From: Lingula anatina
Lineage: Eukaryota > Animalia > Brachiopoda
NCBI GenBank assembly: GCA_051362555.1
Contig: CM120643.1
Location: 5,828,001-5,892,000 of the forward strand
DNA: 64,000 bases
Reading direction: 5' to 3'
The notes below the pieces were generated by a model that was given only the letters and a program-made list of their open reading frames with translations, searched no databases and was not told the DNA's origin. This document shows, one piece after another, positions 12,500-25,787 of this stretch (positions are counted from its first letter, which is position 1; each line of letters starts with the position of its first letter). The translations under genes were made by a program, and so were the position numbers.

Positions 12500-15241
12500 A
12501 GTAAAACAAACAAGGCAGCAAAGCTGTCAAATGTACAGACAAAAAGCAGGAAATAACTATGCACAAAATAGGCTACTGTCAATTCTGATGCAAAAGTACA
12601 TTATGTTAAACTACAAATTCAACATCAAATTTTAATTATGCTCAACAGGTAATACCAATGTAAGTAAAATGTGTAACAAGCATAAGGCTTCAGGCCCATG
12701 GGAGTTCAAGTTCGCACTTTGAAAATGTATAACTTCCAGAAAAAGAAGCCAATTAGACTGTTTTTTCAACTCAGGCTGCATTTTTAGTCCTGTATTTCTT
12801 TTTTGAAAGTTTGGCAATCAAAAGTAACATGGTTTTCCCATAATGGTCATCATGGCAGCAGCACCCAAAATTGTGTTTTCTTCTATTCTGATGCAATATT
12901 ACATAATGGTTAACAGCATAATGACCGTCAATTTTTTAATAATAAAATATACGTATCATGTATTTTCAGAAAATGTGACTAGCATGGGTATTCAAGCCCG
13001 TGGAACTTCAAAGTTACACCTTGAAAATGCCAATATGTGAAAAATTAAAGTTTCACAAAAAAACTGTTTAACTGGCAGTAAGAATTGCCAAACAGATTGC
13101 ATTGCCTACTGAAGCTGTATTTTAGTCCCAGGTTTCTTTCCTGTAAGTTTGAGAACAGTAAGTGACATGGTTTTTCTGAAATGGTCATCATGGGAGCAGT
13201 GCCCAAAATAGGTTTTTTTCAAATTTTGATGCAATATTACATAATGTTTAACAGCATAATGACCATCAATTTTTAATAAAATATTAGTATTATGGATATT
13301 CAGATAATGTGATTAGCAAAGGTCTTCAGGCCCATGGAACTTCAAAGTCAAAACCTGAAAATGCCAAAATGTAAACAAGACAGCACTGTTCTGAAATGTT
13401 TTTTCCCCATTTTTAACAATTTTTAACATAAAACAAAATTAACAGTTTACTGCCATTTTTATATGATCAACTAAGAAAATTGATGAGATGGGAAAAATGT
13501 CAATAGAGCAGTGTTAAATGTCCAATTTCTTCCATTCTGAGATTCTGAACATAGTGAATGATTGAATCTTACAAACTGCAATGATATGAGTTTATTTCCA
13601 TTTTTGACACTTTATTACACAATACACGATAACAAGTTTACCATCATTTTTACATAATCAACTAACAATGTTGTAAAGATGCAGGAAATGTCAAACAAAC
13701 ACTTTTACGTATCTTATTAATTAAATAATGAGACTGTTAACATGCCTAAGAATTGAATCCGAGGAAATGTGAAAAAACAGCATAACTTATAAAATAATGG
13801 CCCGATTATGCTGATTTTCGAACTTGACCTGCGTTTTAGTAAGATTGACCACTCCTGTGAGTATAATGACAATTGGCCTATCTGTTTTTCTTATATTGTG
13901 TTATCAGTGTTGCATATAAGCTGAAAAATATGTGAAAAATTAAATTTTCACCAAAAACTTAAATTGCCAGAAAATTTACCAAACAGACTGCATTGCCTAC
14001 TGAAGCTGTATTTTAGTCCCATGTTTCTTTCCTGTAAGTTTGAAAACAGTAAGTGACATGGTTTTTCTGAAATGGTCATCATGGAAGCAGTGCCCAAAAT
14101 AGGGGTTTCTTCAAATTTTGATGCAACATTACATAATGTTTAACAGCATAATGACCATCAATTTTTAATAATAAAATATTAGTAACATGGACTTTCAGAA
14201 AACGTGACCAGCAAAGGTCTTCAGGCCAATGGAACTTCAAAGTCACACCTTGAAAATGCCAAAATGTAAACAAGACAGCACTGTTCTGACATGTGTTTAT
14301 TTCCATTTTTAACACTTTTTTAACATAAAACAAAATAAACAGTTTACTGCAATTTTTATATGATCAACTAAGAAAATTGATGAGATGGGAAAAATATCAA
14401 TAGAGCAGTGTTAAATGTCCAATTTCCTCCATTCTGAGATTCTGAACATAGTGGATGATTGAATCTGACAAAATGCAATGATATGAGTTTGATTCCATTT
14501 TTGACACTTTATTACACAATACACGATAACAAGTTTACCATCATTTTTACATAATCAACTAACAATGTTGTAAAGATGCAGGAAATGTCAAACAAACACT
14601 TTTATGTATCTAATTAGTTAAATAATAAGGCTATTAACATGCCTAAGAACTGAATCTGAGGAAATGTGAAAAAACAGCATAACTTCTAAAATAATGGCCT
14701 GATTATGCTGATTTTCGAACTCAACCTGCGTTTTAGTAAGATTGACCACTCCTGTGAGTTTAATGACAATTGGCTTATCTGTTTTACCTATATTGTGTTT
14801 ACAGTGTTGCATATATGCTGAAAAATGAAAAAATCAGCATAACTACTGAAATAGTGGCCCGATCATGCCGATTTTCGAACTTGTCCTGCGTTTTAGTAAG
14901 ATTGATTACTCCTGTGAGTTTCATGACAACAGGCTTAACGGTTTTCCTTTAAATGTGTTTACAGGGTTGTATATATGCTGAAAAGTGAAAAAACAGCATA
15001 ACTTCTACTATAATGGCCCGATCATGCTGATTTTCGAACTTGACCTGCGTTTTATGAATATTCATCAGCTCTGTAAATATAAAAGCAAAAAATAAAACTG
15101 TGTTCCACTTATCGTGTTTACAAGGAAAGTGCACGGCATCGGCATCGGCATCGGCATCGGCATCGCCATCGGCGACGACGGCGACGACAGACGCAGGTGA
15201 TGGCAATATGTACAGACACATCTGTGTCTGTACATAAAAAA
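12500..15241 (-). mobile_element. Large HINE/Helentron-like element with internal tandem duplications
   Basis: ~895-bp direct duplication (about 13035-13928 vs 13929-14820), ~150-bp core repeats and a (GGCATC)n/GGCGAC microsatellite. Terminal hairpin GTACAGACACATCTGTGTCTGTACATAAAAA at 15210-15241. Left boundary approximate. Confidence 0.6.
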
Positions 15242-18059
15242 GCTAAGACGTAGTTTTTTGGTGCACAGAGAATTTCGAGTGTACTGTGGGTAAAAGAGAC
15301 AAAATGTTATAATTACTTAGTTTACCTTTTCAATATACTTTAAGCTTGAAAATGGTTTTTATATTGTTGTTTTTGCTGAATTTGAGCAACTTTATACAAC
15401 TCTGATGAATAAGCATTATAGGGCAGTCATCACCTACTTTGATGGAATCAAATATTTCTAATAATATTTTTAACATCTTTTATTTCCAGACAACATAAAA
15501 ATAGGTACAATGCTTTACACCTCTAACAATTCAATTAGTGAAATAACAAATCTAACATCAGAACATTCAACATAATTCACCATAAACATTTTCTCTTCTG
15601 TAAGCATTTGCCTCATTTTCAATTTCCATATTACTGTGATTACAGGACCAACCTGGAAGGGGGTGATTAAGACACCCCTGCACACCCCTTCAACAATCAG
15701 TGTGCCCCTATAGCTTTAACACTGTCTTCACACCAAATGTCAGTCACTATGTCAGTGCTCAAAGACAATATAAGAAAACAGAATTCATTATTTTTTAAAG
15801 TCACATGTGAAGATTTTCAACCATGCATATGCACTATTATGATATGTCCTTGTTTATATTACTAGCAAGACCAAGAATAAAAAGGCCTAGTTTACAGCTT
15901 GTGAACTTGGTTTCAGATTATTGTTCAACATTCATTGGCTCCATTCTTTTTTTAAGTCAGTGGAGAATTATCAAATCCTCTTCAATGCTGTCAGGAAGCA
16001 CTTCAAAGGTCTCCTAATTATTGGATAACCTGTAAAAAAGCAAATGAAAAACTTCAATATTTCACAATGAAACAGTACAGCTAAAAACAGCAAAAAACCT
16101 TATGACCTTATTAAAAAAATTATCTAACTCCACACAGAGCTGAAAAATGTTAATTTTGAAAATATTGTACCTAAAACCCTTCACACTGGACAGCGTCCAT
16201 TCTGCTTCCTTTGTGCAACCATGAAACTGGCATTGCTGTGGTCGTAGAAAGGAGGCACAAGCATCACTTTGGTTGCACAATGAATGCTCAATGATCGGCC
16301 AGTTGTCAGAACGTATTTTTTTTTTTAAATTTCAAATGGGGCCGTACTACAGGATGCAGAAAGGACATCGTCCATTGTAAAGGGGGCTTAAGACAAGAGA
16401 CAGAAAAACTGGCAAATGTACAGGCACCAGTCTTAGTAAATATAGCCACACAGCAAATATGAAGTAAAAACAAGGCAGCAAAGCTGTCAAATGTAGAGAC
16501 ACAATAATAAATAATGTTTATAACAGCACAGTCAATCAACACTAAAATTTAATGATGCACAATAGGTAACGTGGTCAATAAGATTACAGTTTCAGGATCA
16601 ACAGAGTTCAAACATTTACCTTTAAACATTATACAAAATCAATTTATGCAATATCACCATTTTTCACATATTGTGAAAAATGAGAAAAATGACAGTGCAT
16701 AAAATATTTTTGTATAATGTTTAAAGGTATTAACACCAATATTATAGCTTATGTGGAAATACAGAAAATGTACAAAGCTTCGGGTCGGAGGGAGTTAAAA
16801 GTCACATCTTGAAGATGCCAGTGTTTGAAAAAAAATTAAAATAAAAAATAACAAAAAATATTCCAATAAAGCTGCTATTCAAACTTTTAATCTAGTTATA
16901 TTAACACGATATGAATAACCCCAGTGAGTATGAGGATAATAAGGCACTGTTATTCAACTATAGCAATTATGTTCGCATTACACAAAATAATTTTTTTCTT
17001 TTGTAAAATTATATGCAATATTAAGCAACCTTTACCTGCATAATTATCACTGATTCCTAATTATGTGACACTGTTAATTTTAGACTTTTACAAACTGTAT
17101 CATGCAGAGAGCTAAACATATGGGAGTTTAAAGGGAAATCTCAACATATGTGTAACGTATGTTTACTAATGTAATCTCATTCAATGGCCAGAAAAATCAA
17201 CCAATAAGACTTGTTTTCCAGCTAAAGCTGTATTTAAGTCCTGTTTCTTTCCTTTAATTTCAGTCATGATGAAACTGTAGGTCTGATCACTGATGACCAG
17301 CCAAAACTTGTCAAGATGGTAAAAAATTGAACTTCGGCAGTCCAAAGGACCAGCAAGATTTTTTAGTGTCACCATTTTGAATTTACAGTCATCATTTGAC
17401 ATACTTCACTAATAAAATTATATATAACCCACAGAGTTTTTCTCCCCTCCATTTACTTATCAGGCAAGATATAAAAAATGATAACATTCACAGACAAAGT
17501 AAGCTAGCCAATCATAGTATCTGTCTCAAACGAATAGAGTGATTCCCTATGGGGAAGCCCCCTGCTCCCGATATTACTTGCTCCGGCATTGTCTATTGCT
17601 CACGACACACAGACAGCTATCAAGAGAGTGGTCCATGCTGCCGAGCATATGTTAACACGGCAGGGCAAATGTTTCCTGATAAACTTTTTTTTTTGAAAAT
17701 AACGTTGTTAGCATAGAAATGAGGTCACCTGATTAACTCAGTAAATTTGATTTCTCAGTTATTGGTACTTCTGTTTATATTCAGCCTGCGGCATATCACT
17801 GTTTTACGTAAAGATGGTTTAAAAGTTTGGTCGCTTCTTCGAACGCGATTCGTGGTGAAAGAACATAAGGCCACACTTTTTTATTTTTATGGATGACATC
17901 CTCTGGGGACCCCGAAATCGGTGTGAGAGGGTGAAAAAAAAAACATTCCAAAAAAAAAAAATAAATAAAATACTGCTTAAGTAAAGGAATGCTGTAAGTT
18001 TCTTGCTAAAAGGTAAAACAGTTTTCCACTTATCATGTTATTGGTGTTGGATACATCCA

Positions 18060-18805
18060 AAAAAAAAAAAAGCGAAAAAACAGCCTTACTTTTGACAAAA
18101 TGGCCCAATCATGCTAATTTTTTTAGCTTGACCCACGTTTTATGAATATTCATCAGTTCTGTAAGTTTCAAGCGAAAAGGTAAAATGGCTTTCCACTAAT
18201 CGTGTTAACGGTGAAAGTGCATGGCGACGACGACAACGACAGACGCAGGTAACTGCTATATGTAGAGACACATCTGTGTTTGTACATAAAAGACTGCTGA
18301 GATGAGAAAAATATCAATAGAACAATTTTAAATTTCCAATTTGCACCATTTTGAGATTCTGAACATAGTGAGAGATTGAAACTGCACTGATGTGACTTTA
18401 TTTCCATTTTTGACACTTTATTACACACTACAAGATAGCAGATTAACCATCAGTAGTAGTCCAAACAGACTGATTTTAAAACTTGACCTGTATTTTATGA
18501 ATATTCATCAGTTCTGACAAAAGGTAAAACAGTTTTATATATTTTATTTGTATAAGGGTGGATAAAATATGCTGAAAAAAAAGGAACAATGGTCTGATCA
18601 GGTTGATTTTCGCATTTCACTTGTGTTTTTATGAATATTCATCAGTTCTATGAGCTAAATGATAAAAGGTAAAACAGTTTTCATATTAGTTTACTGTTAT
18701 ATAATAATGAAAGTGCACAATGATGACGACGACAGCATAAGCAAAGGCTATAAGAATATTCATCAGTTCGAAGAGAATAGGTCAATGTGTCTGTACGTAA
18801 AAACT
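18060..18805 (-). mobile_element. Two further truncated copies of the same HINE-like family
   Basis: GGCGACGACGAC...AGACACATCTGTGTTTGTACATAAAA end at ~18290 and a second degenerate end at ~18800; core repeats shared with 12500-15241. Confidence 0.55.
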
Positions 18806-20323
18806 GACACCACTTCCAGTGTTGCGCTTGACAAGCTCTATTAAATGCAATTAACAAGATGTCCCTAGCATTTACAGTTCCAAAATAAGTAGGTGTAAGA
18901 GAGTTTTCAGTTTTGGCACCAAATGACTGCTTCTCCCATGGAAATGCACCGATTGACCTCAAACTTAACAAAATGAAAGGAGACAGTAAGAGTAACTCTT
19001 CATTATAATATGACAGCTTAGGTCTGTGTAGTTTCTGAAAAAAGGCACAAACAATTTTTTTTTGCAGAAAATTCCCATTTTTACATAAATTTGGCCGATT
19101 TGACATTAAAAGGATCATTTGCAACAATTGCTACTAGAAAGAAAGCTACTAGTAAATTAACCTTTTTCATCTTTTGCGGAAATACGAAGTGTGCATGACA
19201 GGAACCGCGCGCCACAGGGGTCATGGTGGTCCTCTGCTGTTTCCAGCATGGCAATGCTAGGTGTAGATGATGTACAAGGTGCGCATATAAAAAGGTCGTA
19301 TGAAGCGTGCATTGCTTTCTGTCAAACTAAAAAGGTGGCTGAAGCACAGAAATGCGTAAACTGTAGGCAAGAAACAGCTATTTGGACGGAGAATCAAGCA
19401 ATTAAATATTTTTTTTCTCAGTTAAAATACAATGCGCTTTACAACTAGACTTCACCTAAGCGTCCGAGCCTTGGCTGCACTTTCAAAAGTGATGACGAAC
19501 TAAAGCTACGGAGTTCTTTTAAATGCTTCCGATAATAAAGATATGCGAAAGAGACTCATTGTTTTTTTATATATAAAATCAAAATAGCCAGTAGACTCGT
19601 ACACAGCTTTCAAGAGTGTGGACAGGTGCGCAGGCCTACGTCTTCACAATTTTATACATGTTCTATGCAAGCTGTGGCGATATCACCTCATGTACCGGCA
19701 GTGTCAATTCATTACGATTTTTATGTCTTGTTTGAAGGATATCTTAAGAGATTTTTAAAGCGATAAAATGAAAAGATTTCCTGCATTGTTTGACTCGTAA
19801 CTACTGTGTATACAGGTAAAACTGACACGCAGATCGTTCGTCGGTGAACTGATTAAATCGTTTGGTACCTGATAAGGCATCAGGTGTTACTTGTTCAATT
19901 GTTCGGTAAGGCGGGCGGCCACAACTACGACCTTTCCTCTGTAATTAAAACCTTTTAAGTGTTAAATAGGTGAGACAGGAATTCTCGACTCTTTCCCAGA
20001 CGATAATTAAAGTTTACCGTGTCTTACTCTAGTATACGCACAAAATTTACGACAGGTAAAAAATGTCAGCCTTTCGGTCTGACAAGTATGAAAATTTTGT
20101 CAATCTGAAACAAAAACAAAATTATAGCAAGAGCCCAAATTATTTGATTTTTAAACGTTTTTATGCGTATTTTCATCGTTTTCAATCACAGACAATTAAA
20201 ACATTCAAATAAAGTGTTTCCCACACATTTCATAGTTTTCAACTATCTTAGACAGTTAAATATAGGCTACGTAGGCCTACTTTAATACTAAGCATATTTG
20301 TATTACTTTACAAATACGTTGTT

Positions 20324-21029
20324 CAGGGATGCTAGTCTTCCGGTTTTTACCGGAATTCCGTTTTTTTGCGTCCAGTTATAAAATTTTCTGGTACTATATT
20401 TTGTTCCGGAATTCTCGTTTTTAACGTGGTCGCGGACTGGACGAACGATGCGTCAGAGGAACGTCGCATTTCAACCATTGCGACAGAGCTGCGTTTCAAC
20501 ACAATATCTAGTCACAACCGTAGCACGTGATTTATTTATGGCGCTTGATTGGTTGGAAATGTAGGCTTTAATGTCGGCACCCATGTGGAAAGTTTTGACA
20601 CCGCGTGCGCGGAATTTTGAACTAAACCAAACTAAATGGATTTCGCGGAGAGGGGAACAGACGATATTAGCCATTACCAATCTTTGAAAATGATAAATGA
20701 AAGGGATTAACATTTAGTGACTATCATTATCATGCTGGTGATTATCAAGCTTACGTGAGGGATCATTACTGTCTACTATGGGTGGTAGGTGTTTATGTAC
20801 TGATGGCACTTCCATCTTGTCAGTGTCAAGATTATCCTTGGAAACAACTGTTGAAAATTACCATGAAGTTGTGATGACATATATTGCAATATATTTATTA
20901 AATAAAATTTGAAATATAGTAATTGTTTCATAATCAATTTGTTCCCCCCCCTTCCCCCCCCCCCCCCCCCCCCCCGTCTTTGCCAAAAAAAAGTTCAGGT
21001 TTTCTTTCCGGACCCCACTAGCATCCCTG
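20324..21029. mobile_element. Non-autonomous hAT-like element with 6-bp TSD
   Basis: 13-bp TIR CAGGGATGCTAGT / ACTAGCATCCCTG; GTTGTT directly flanks both ends (20318-20323, 21030-21035). Confidence 0.8.
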
Positions 21030-22024
21030 GTTGTTGGATTATGTTTATTATCCATTTTGTCTTTACCATACATGTATTATGTACGTGTAGCTTACAGAAA
21101 GGCTTTTCTGCATTTTTTTGTAAAAATATGCCCATTGAATTTTCCAATTCTCTTGTCATTGAGTTCAGAAATAAATAACTTTTTATTTCGCCGATAACGC
21201 GTTCAACAAGAGCCGATGTACTTTCTTCTTCGTATGTCTCTGTTGATCTTGATAATATGAGCCCCGTTTGTACAAATCAGTAATACGTATACGGGACTGA
21301 ATACATAATAATAAAAATTTTATTAACGTCTCACGTTAAAAAAAAATAGAACCCACCCTGCTAAGGGTTATTAGAGACTAAAACCTGTGATGGGCCTACA
21401 ACATTTAAAATGATCACTTATCAATAAAACACACACAAAAAGGATATTACATACGAAACTTTTCAAACCTTCTCTTTGTTGTTACACAAAAAGTCGTGAA
21501 AGTTCTTGAATTTTTTGTAAGTAGAATCCCCGTGTAAAACTTCAAAGCTTTTACTTTCTTTTTCCATAATCTCATGCTTGAAGTCTTTTCTTAATTTTTA
21601 GGCCCCGGCCTATTCTTCAATTTTTTCTTCAAATCTTTATAATGTTTTTTTTTCTCGCATTTTTTACCCCGAGTTCTATTTGCCGATAGTTCGTTATATC
21701 CGTTGTTTAACTAAGCATTTCTGTTTTTTTATTAAAGCACCGTTGATCTCCTAATATTATAGTTTTTCTTCCCGCCTTCGAAATGTTCAGCGCAAACGCG
21801 GTGCCCTGCTTTTGATCCAAACTTGCAATATTTTCCTTTCTTTCTACCATATTTTTTTATTCTAACGGGTTTGTTGGGAACTTATTAAACCTCATGTGTC
21901 GATCTCGCTTACTGTTATTGTAGTAGCGGGACAAAAAAGCACGTAAACCCAGCCATGGTTTTAAGCACCGCTGTAAGTGTTTCGACGTAGCAGGGCTCCC
22001 CTACCCACAATGCAATTTCCATTT

Positions 22025-22200
22025 CCGGAAAAGATGAAAAAGGCTAATAGGAAATGTTTGAAAAGAAGACCAAGAACGACATACATGGACAACATAAAAG
22101 AATAAACTGGTCAAAAAAAAATATAGTTCAAGTATTTGAGAGATGTGGCGATCCATGACAGCCAATCTGCTATGAGTGGATGGCACCCAGTGATGATGAA
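22025..22200 (+). mobile_element. RTE/BovB-like LINE 3' end
   Basis: Degenerate translation KRRPRTTYMDNIKE*TG...WRSMTANLL*VDGT followed by a (TGA)n tail. Confidence 0.65.
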
Positions 22201-22510
22201 GTAAACTCAATTTATAGAACAATTTTGGGTACTAGTAAATAGTTTTAAGGCCCAGATATCAAAACAAGGATGACTTTTATTGTCAGTTATCAATTCCTGT
22301 ATTCTTATCTTAGTTATGCCAAAAAAATTTACTTTGTGCAAAACAGGCAGCAACCAGCACCCCCCCCCCCCCCCGCCCAAACAAGGAAAAAGTACAAATA
22401 GCAATAAGATTATATCACAAAGTGTTACGTCTACCTCTTTCACAATATTTTTAAAGAATTACTCTGTTCAGAAAACTTACAGTGTTACTTCCTTACCTTA
22501 TGTGAGGGAT

Positions 22511-22638
22511 TTATTTCAATTCCTCCTTCAAAAACTTGTACAAACTTGCAGATTTTTCTTTCACCATAAAAAAAGGCACCTCTAGAACCTCTCTGTATCC
22601 TGCTTGATATAGGAAGTGTTTCTTTGCCTTTGTTTCAC
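22511..22638 (-). CDS. FASTK-family protein, exon 2 (C-terminal half of RAP domain)
   Basis: Acceptor TTTTCTTTATTCACCAG ends at 22639. Phase-1 exon reads (G)ETKAKKHFLYQAGYREVLEVPFFMVKEKSASLYKFLKEELK*, matching the RAP pattern G...K.R.L...GY.V..VPF. Stop TAA at 22513-22511 overlaps an AATAAA. Confidence 0.88.
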
Positions 22639-23167
22639 CTGGTGAATAAAGAAAACCAAATCAATGTTAACATAAAACATATTTCAATGTCTTACTGAGA
22701 GGAAATGTGTGCCTGAATGCACTGAAATATTAATATTTACACAAAGAAAACCTGTTCATGTCAAAACTTTATCACATAGACATATAACACATTCAAATTA
22801 AGATGGCCTCTGTTTAAAGCGTGAAATAATACAATGTTTACTGGGAAATGTATACCACAACATGTTGAGATTTAGTGAGGCAGTGGAGTATAGTACTTAT
22901 ATTTGACATACATACAACATCAGTTGTCTACATTACTCTCTACTGATACATCATTGTTGTCCTTTGTAACCTATTGTTATTCTCAGTACCCCATTGTTGT
23001 TATGGCTATATAAGCTGGCCCTCAGTGGGTAACCAGCAAGTATATAGGAAAAATAGGCTCAATACACTGAAGTCAAGCTTGTGTTAGTCATAACCCAAAG
23101 CTGCTTAGGCAGCAGGGTGGGCTTACTAAAGCCGTCTCTACATACAACAACCACATTTTTAACTCAC

Positions 23168-25118
23168 CAGTTAACATTGGCTTGTTGATAAAGAAATCTT
23201 CATCATGAAGAATCCACACTGCTATTCTTCTCCATCTTTCTGGCAAGGCAGACATGTTTTCCATTTTGAGGAACCCATTTTCATCAAAGACTCTGGGCAC
23301 CAGCTTCATGTCTACAGGCTCATTCAATTCATTCAAACAAAACTCCACAACAGGACGATATATGGGAAGTACTGGTGTGACTCTTGCCATGTGGGGACCA
23401 CCAAGAATCATTTGTACAGCCTCTAAAACAGCCTTCTTTGAGGAATGCTGGCATATATTTTTCAATTTCTCTGTAAAGTATTGAATACCATCTGCTTTGT
23501 AAAGGCTTGGTGGAATCTTCTTAACATACTTGTCAATTTGCTCCATTTCTAACCTTCCACACAACTCCACAATATTTATACACCCTTGAGGCTTCATGAC
23601 ATTTAATGATTCCTCCTTCATCAGACCAGACTGGAAACAACTATCAAGTATTCCACTGAAGACTTCATAATAGCCATGATGGCGCATCAAATCACAAGTA
23701 ATGGAAAGCAATTTGAAAGGGGGGATATTTCTCCCTTGGTTTTGCACTAAATCAACCACTTTTTTTAAAAAAGCAATATTTGTATTGCAATCCATTAGTA
23801 GGTAAGCATGAACTAAACTATGACCACCGTCCCCATCGATATCTTGTGCATTAGCCACAAAGTTCTCAGCAACTTTCAACAGCATTTCATGATCAGAATA
23901 ATTCATTACACTAAATTCCCATGTAATACCAATTTGCTGTCTCAATGGCAACAAAGATGCGTGCTTCTTAAATATCTCAGCAAGTTCTGTAACATATTGT
24001 ACATCCATGAAACCTTTATTCAACTTCTGCTTTTGGGCTAAGCCCAACATCCACTTAATGCACAGAAATGCACGTATCTTGTATTCTTCAGTTCCATCAC
24101 AAAGCAGAATCTCCAACCCCTTCCATAAAATGTCAGAGGGCACCAAATATTCAACATTATGACAGAGTTGGACATACCTGTACACTTCTCTCGGCTCAGA
24201 GAATTCACTGTTGAATTCCAGCTCCTGTAAAAAATGTCTTACGTCATTTTCATCCACCCATTTTCCTCCCAGTTCACAAGAATAGTATATTGCAGATTGT
24301 AGAACACTAACAAGCCAGTGAATTTCTTTGCCTCCAAGTTCTTTCCTCTCTAGCTTTACCTCACTCATCAAGTGCTTCAAGAAAATCCTTATCTGCTCTT
24401 CAAGGTAATTCTGCTTGTGTAGTACAGACAGATGTAACCATCGGTGGCAGGCATCTATCCTAATCTTAACATGCCATTCAGACCATACCTGTGACATGTG
24501 TCTCTCCAGTTCCTTATAAAACTGAAGGATTTCTGGAGATGGCTGAATTAAAACCCCAACTAACAACAATCTGTTTAACTGACGTGGAACACTTCCCTCC
24601 ATCAAACCTTTGTTCATGATGGTTAGCAGGGCTGATGATAACCTGTCATCTTGTAAAAGATGAGTGTTTTGATATCTTGGCGAATCCCTCAAACATTTAA
24701 GACTAACAGCATATATATACGGTAGCACTCCGTCAAGGTCCTTTTCAGCTTCCCGAGCTCCGTCCTCGTAATCACTAATAATCTCTCCTTCGCTCCTTCC
24801 ATCTTGAATGAGGTACCACTTCGCGATTTTTTCAAAACGTATTATTGTGTCTCTGATGATGGCGTTATATTCATCTTTCGTCTTGATGGCGTCATATTCA
24901 TTGATTGTTTTTGTAGAGTATGACAGCTCAGTCCCAGTGGTAAGTCTCCCCAACGACCAACCCCATATCTTGTGAGGGCTTCGGGGTTGTGAAACGGCGC
25001 ATGTAAATCGCAGCGATTGATGGCATTGTGAGGGTTGTGCCAAACACTGAGTTATTCTACCAACAAAACTGTGTCGACTACAACTTCGGTAGACATATCT
25101 CAGTGCCGAATAAAACAT
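23168..25118 (-). CDS. FAST kinase domain-containing (FASTKD-like) mitochondrial RNA-binding protein, exon 1
   Basis: ATG at 25118 begins an Arg/Ser-rich, acid-poor presequence-like N-terminus, followed by a long Leu-rich helical region and a FAST/RAP-type end (ILGG...VLP...VEFCLN...RRIAVWI...FINKPMLTG). Donor G|GTGAGT at 23168/23167. Confidence 0.85.
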
Positions 25119-25213
25119 GATTACATGATTAAAATGTCCCCAGTACTGAACACGTCCATGGCCTCTGTCTCGACCACGAGGCAGTTGAGGCAAGCTCGCA
25201 TTTGTAGAAACGG

Positions 25214-25236
25214 CAGGTCAGGTCACAAAATGGCGG
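25214..25236. promoter_or_regulatory. Proximal promoter motifs of FASTKD-like gene: YY1 core and AGGTCA half-sites
   Basis: AAAATGGCGG at 25227-25236 and overlapping AGGTCAGGTCA just before it, ~100 bp upstream of the ATG in CpG-containing sequence. Confidence 0.45.
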
Positions 25237-25424
25237 AAAACGGCATCTCAGGCTACGAGAAAAAAAATGACATAAAAAGCGGAACCTCATTCTAAAGAAT
25301 AAACACCCCTTTCAACGCAATTTTCACGTGAACAGCCAAAACCTGTAATTTTTATATCATGCTACCTTTTCTCAAGCATCTGCTCTGGCTATAATTAAGG
25401 GCACGGGTTCTTTTAAAAACTTTA

Positions 25425-25752
25425 AGGGATAATAACTGTTCATTTTGGCCAAAAAATGAACTTACTGGGGTAAACAACAATTTTTCAAGTCTTACTAATA
25501 GCTAATGAACACATCCCAACATTCAAAGTTATTCCCTGTTTTTTTCTGAAAAGTTTTTTTTTTTTTTTTTAAATATTCTCTTAAGCATAAGAGATCATAA
25601 CAGAGTGTGACCATCTATGGAGGTCACTTGGTGTGAGTTCAAATTCCAGAATAATTTCGTTAACCACCATTTTTGTGGTAAAGTATACTTTATTACATTT
25701 CTATGAGTTGTTTACAATGTTTTTATTGTGAAATGTGGAGATAATGCGAACA
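25425..25752. mobile_element. Truncated Kolobok-like MITE copy
   Basis: AGGGATAATAACT left end; body collinear with 4956-5226; right TIR missing. Confidence 0.7.
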
Positions 25753-25787
25753 GTTGACGTCATCACTCAGCTGGCCTATGCCAGAAA

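Noticed and set aside
23088-23167. C-terminus ELKMWLLYVETALVSPPCCLSSFGL of the 701-aa ORF, and its TTG start at 25193
   Set aside because: Intron read-through past a GTGAGT donor. The alternative GTAAGC donor gives an early stop in exon 2. The first ATG is at 25118.
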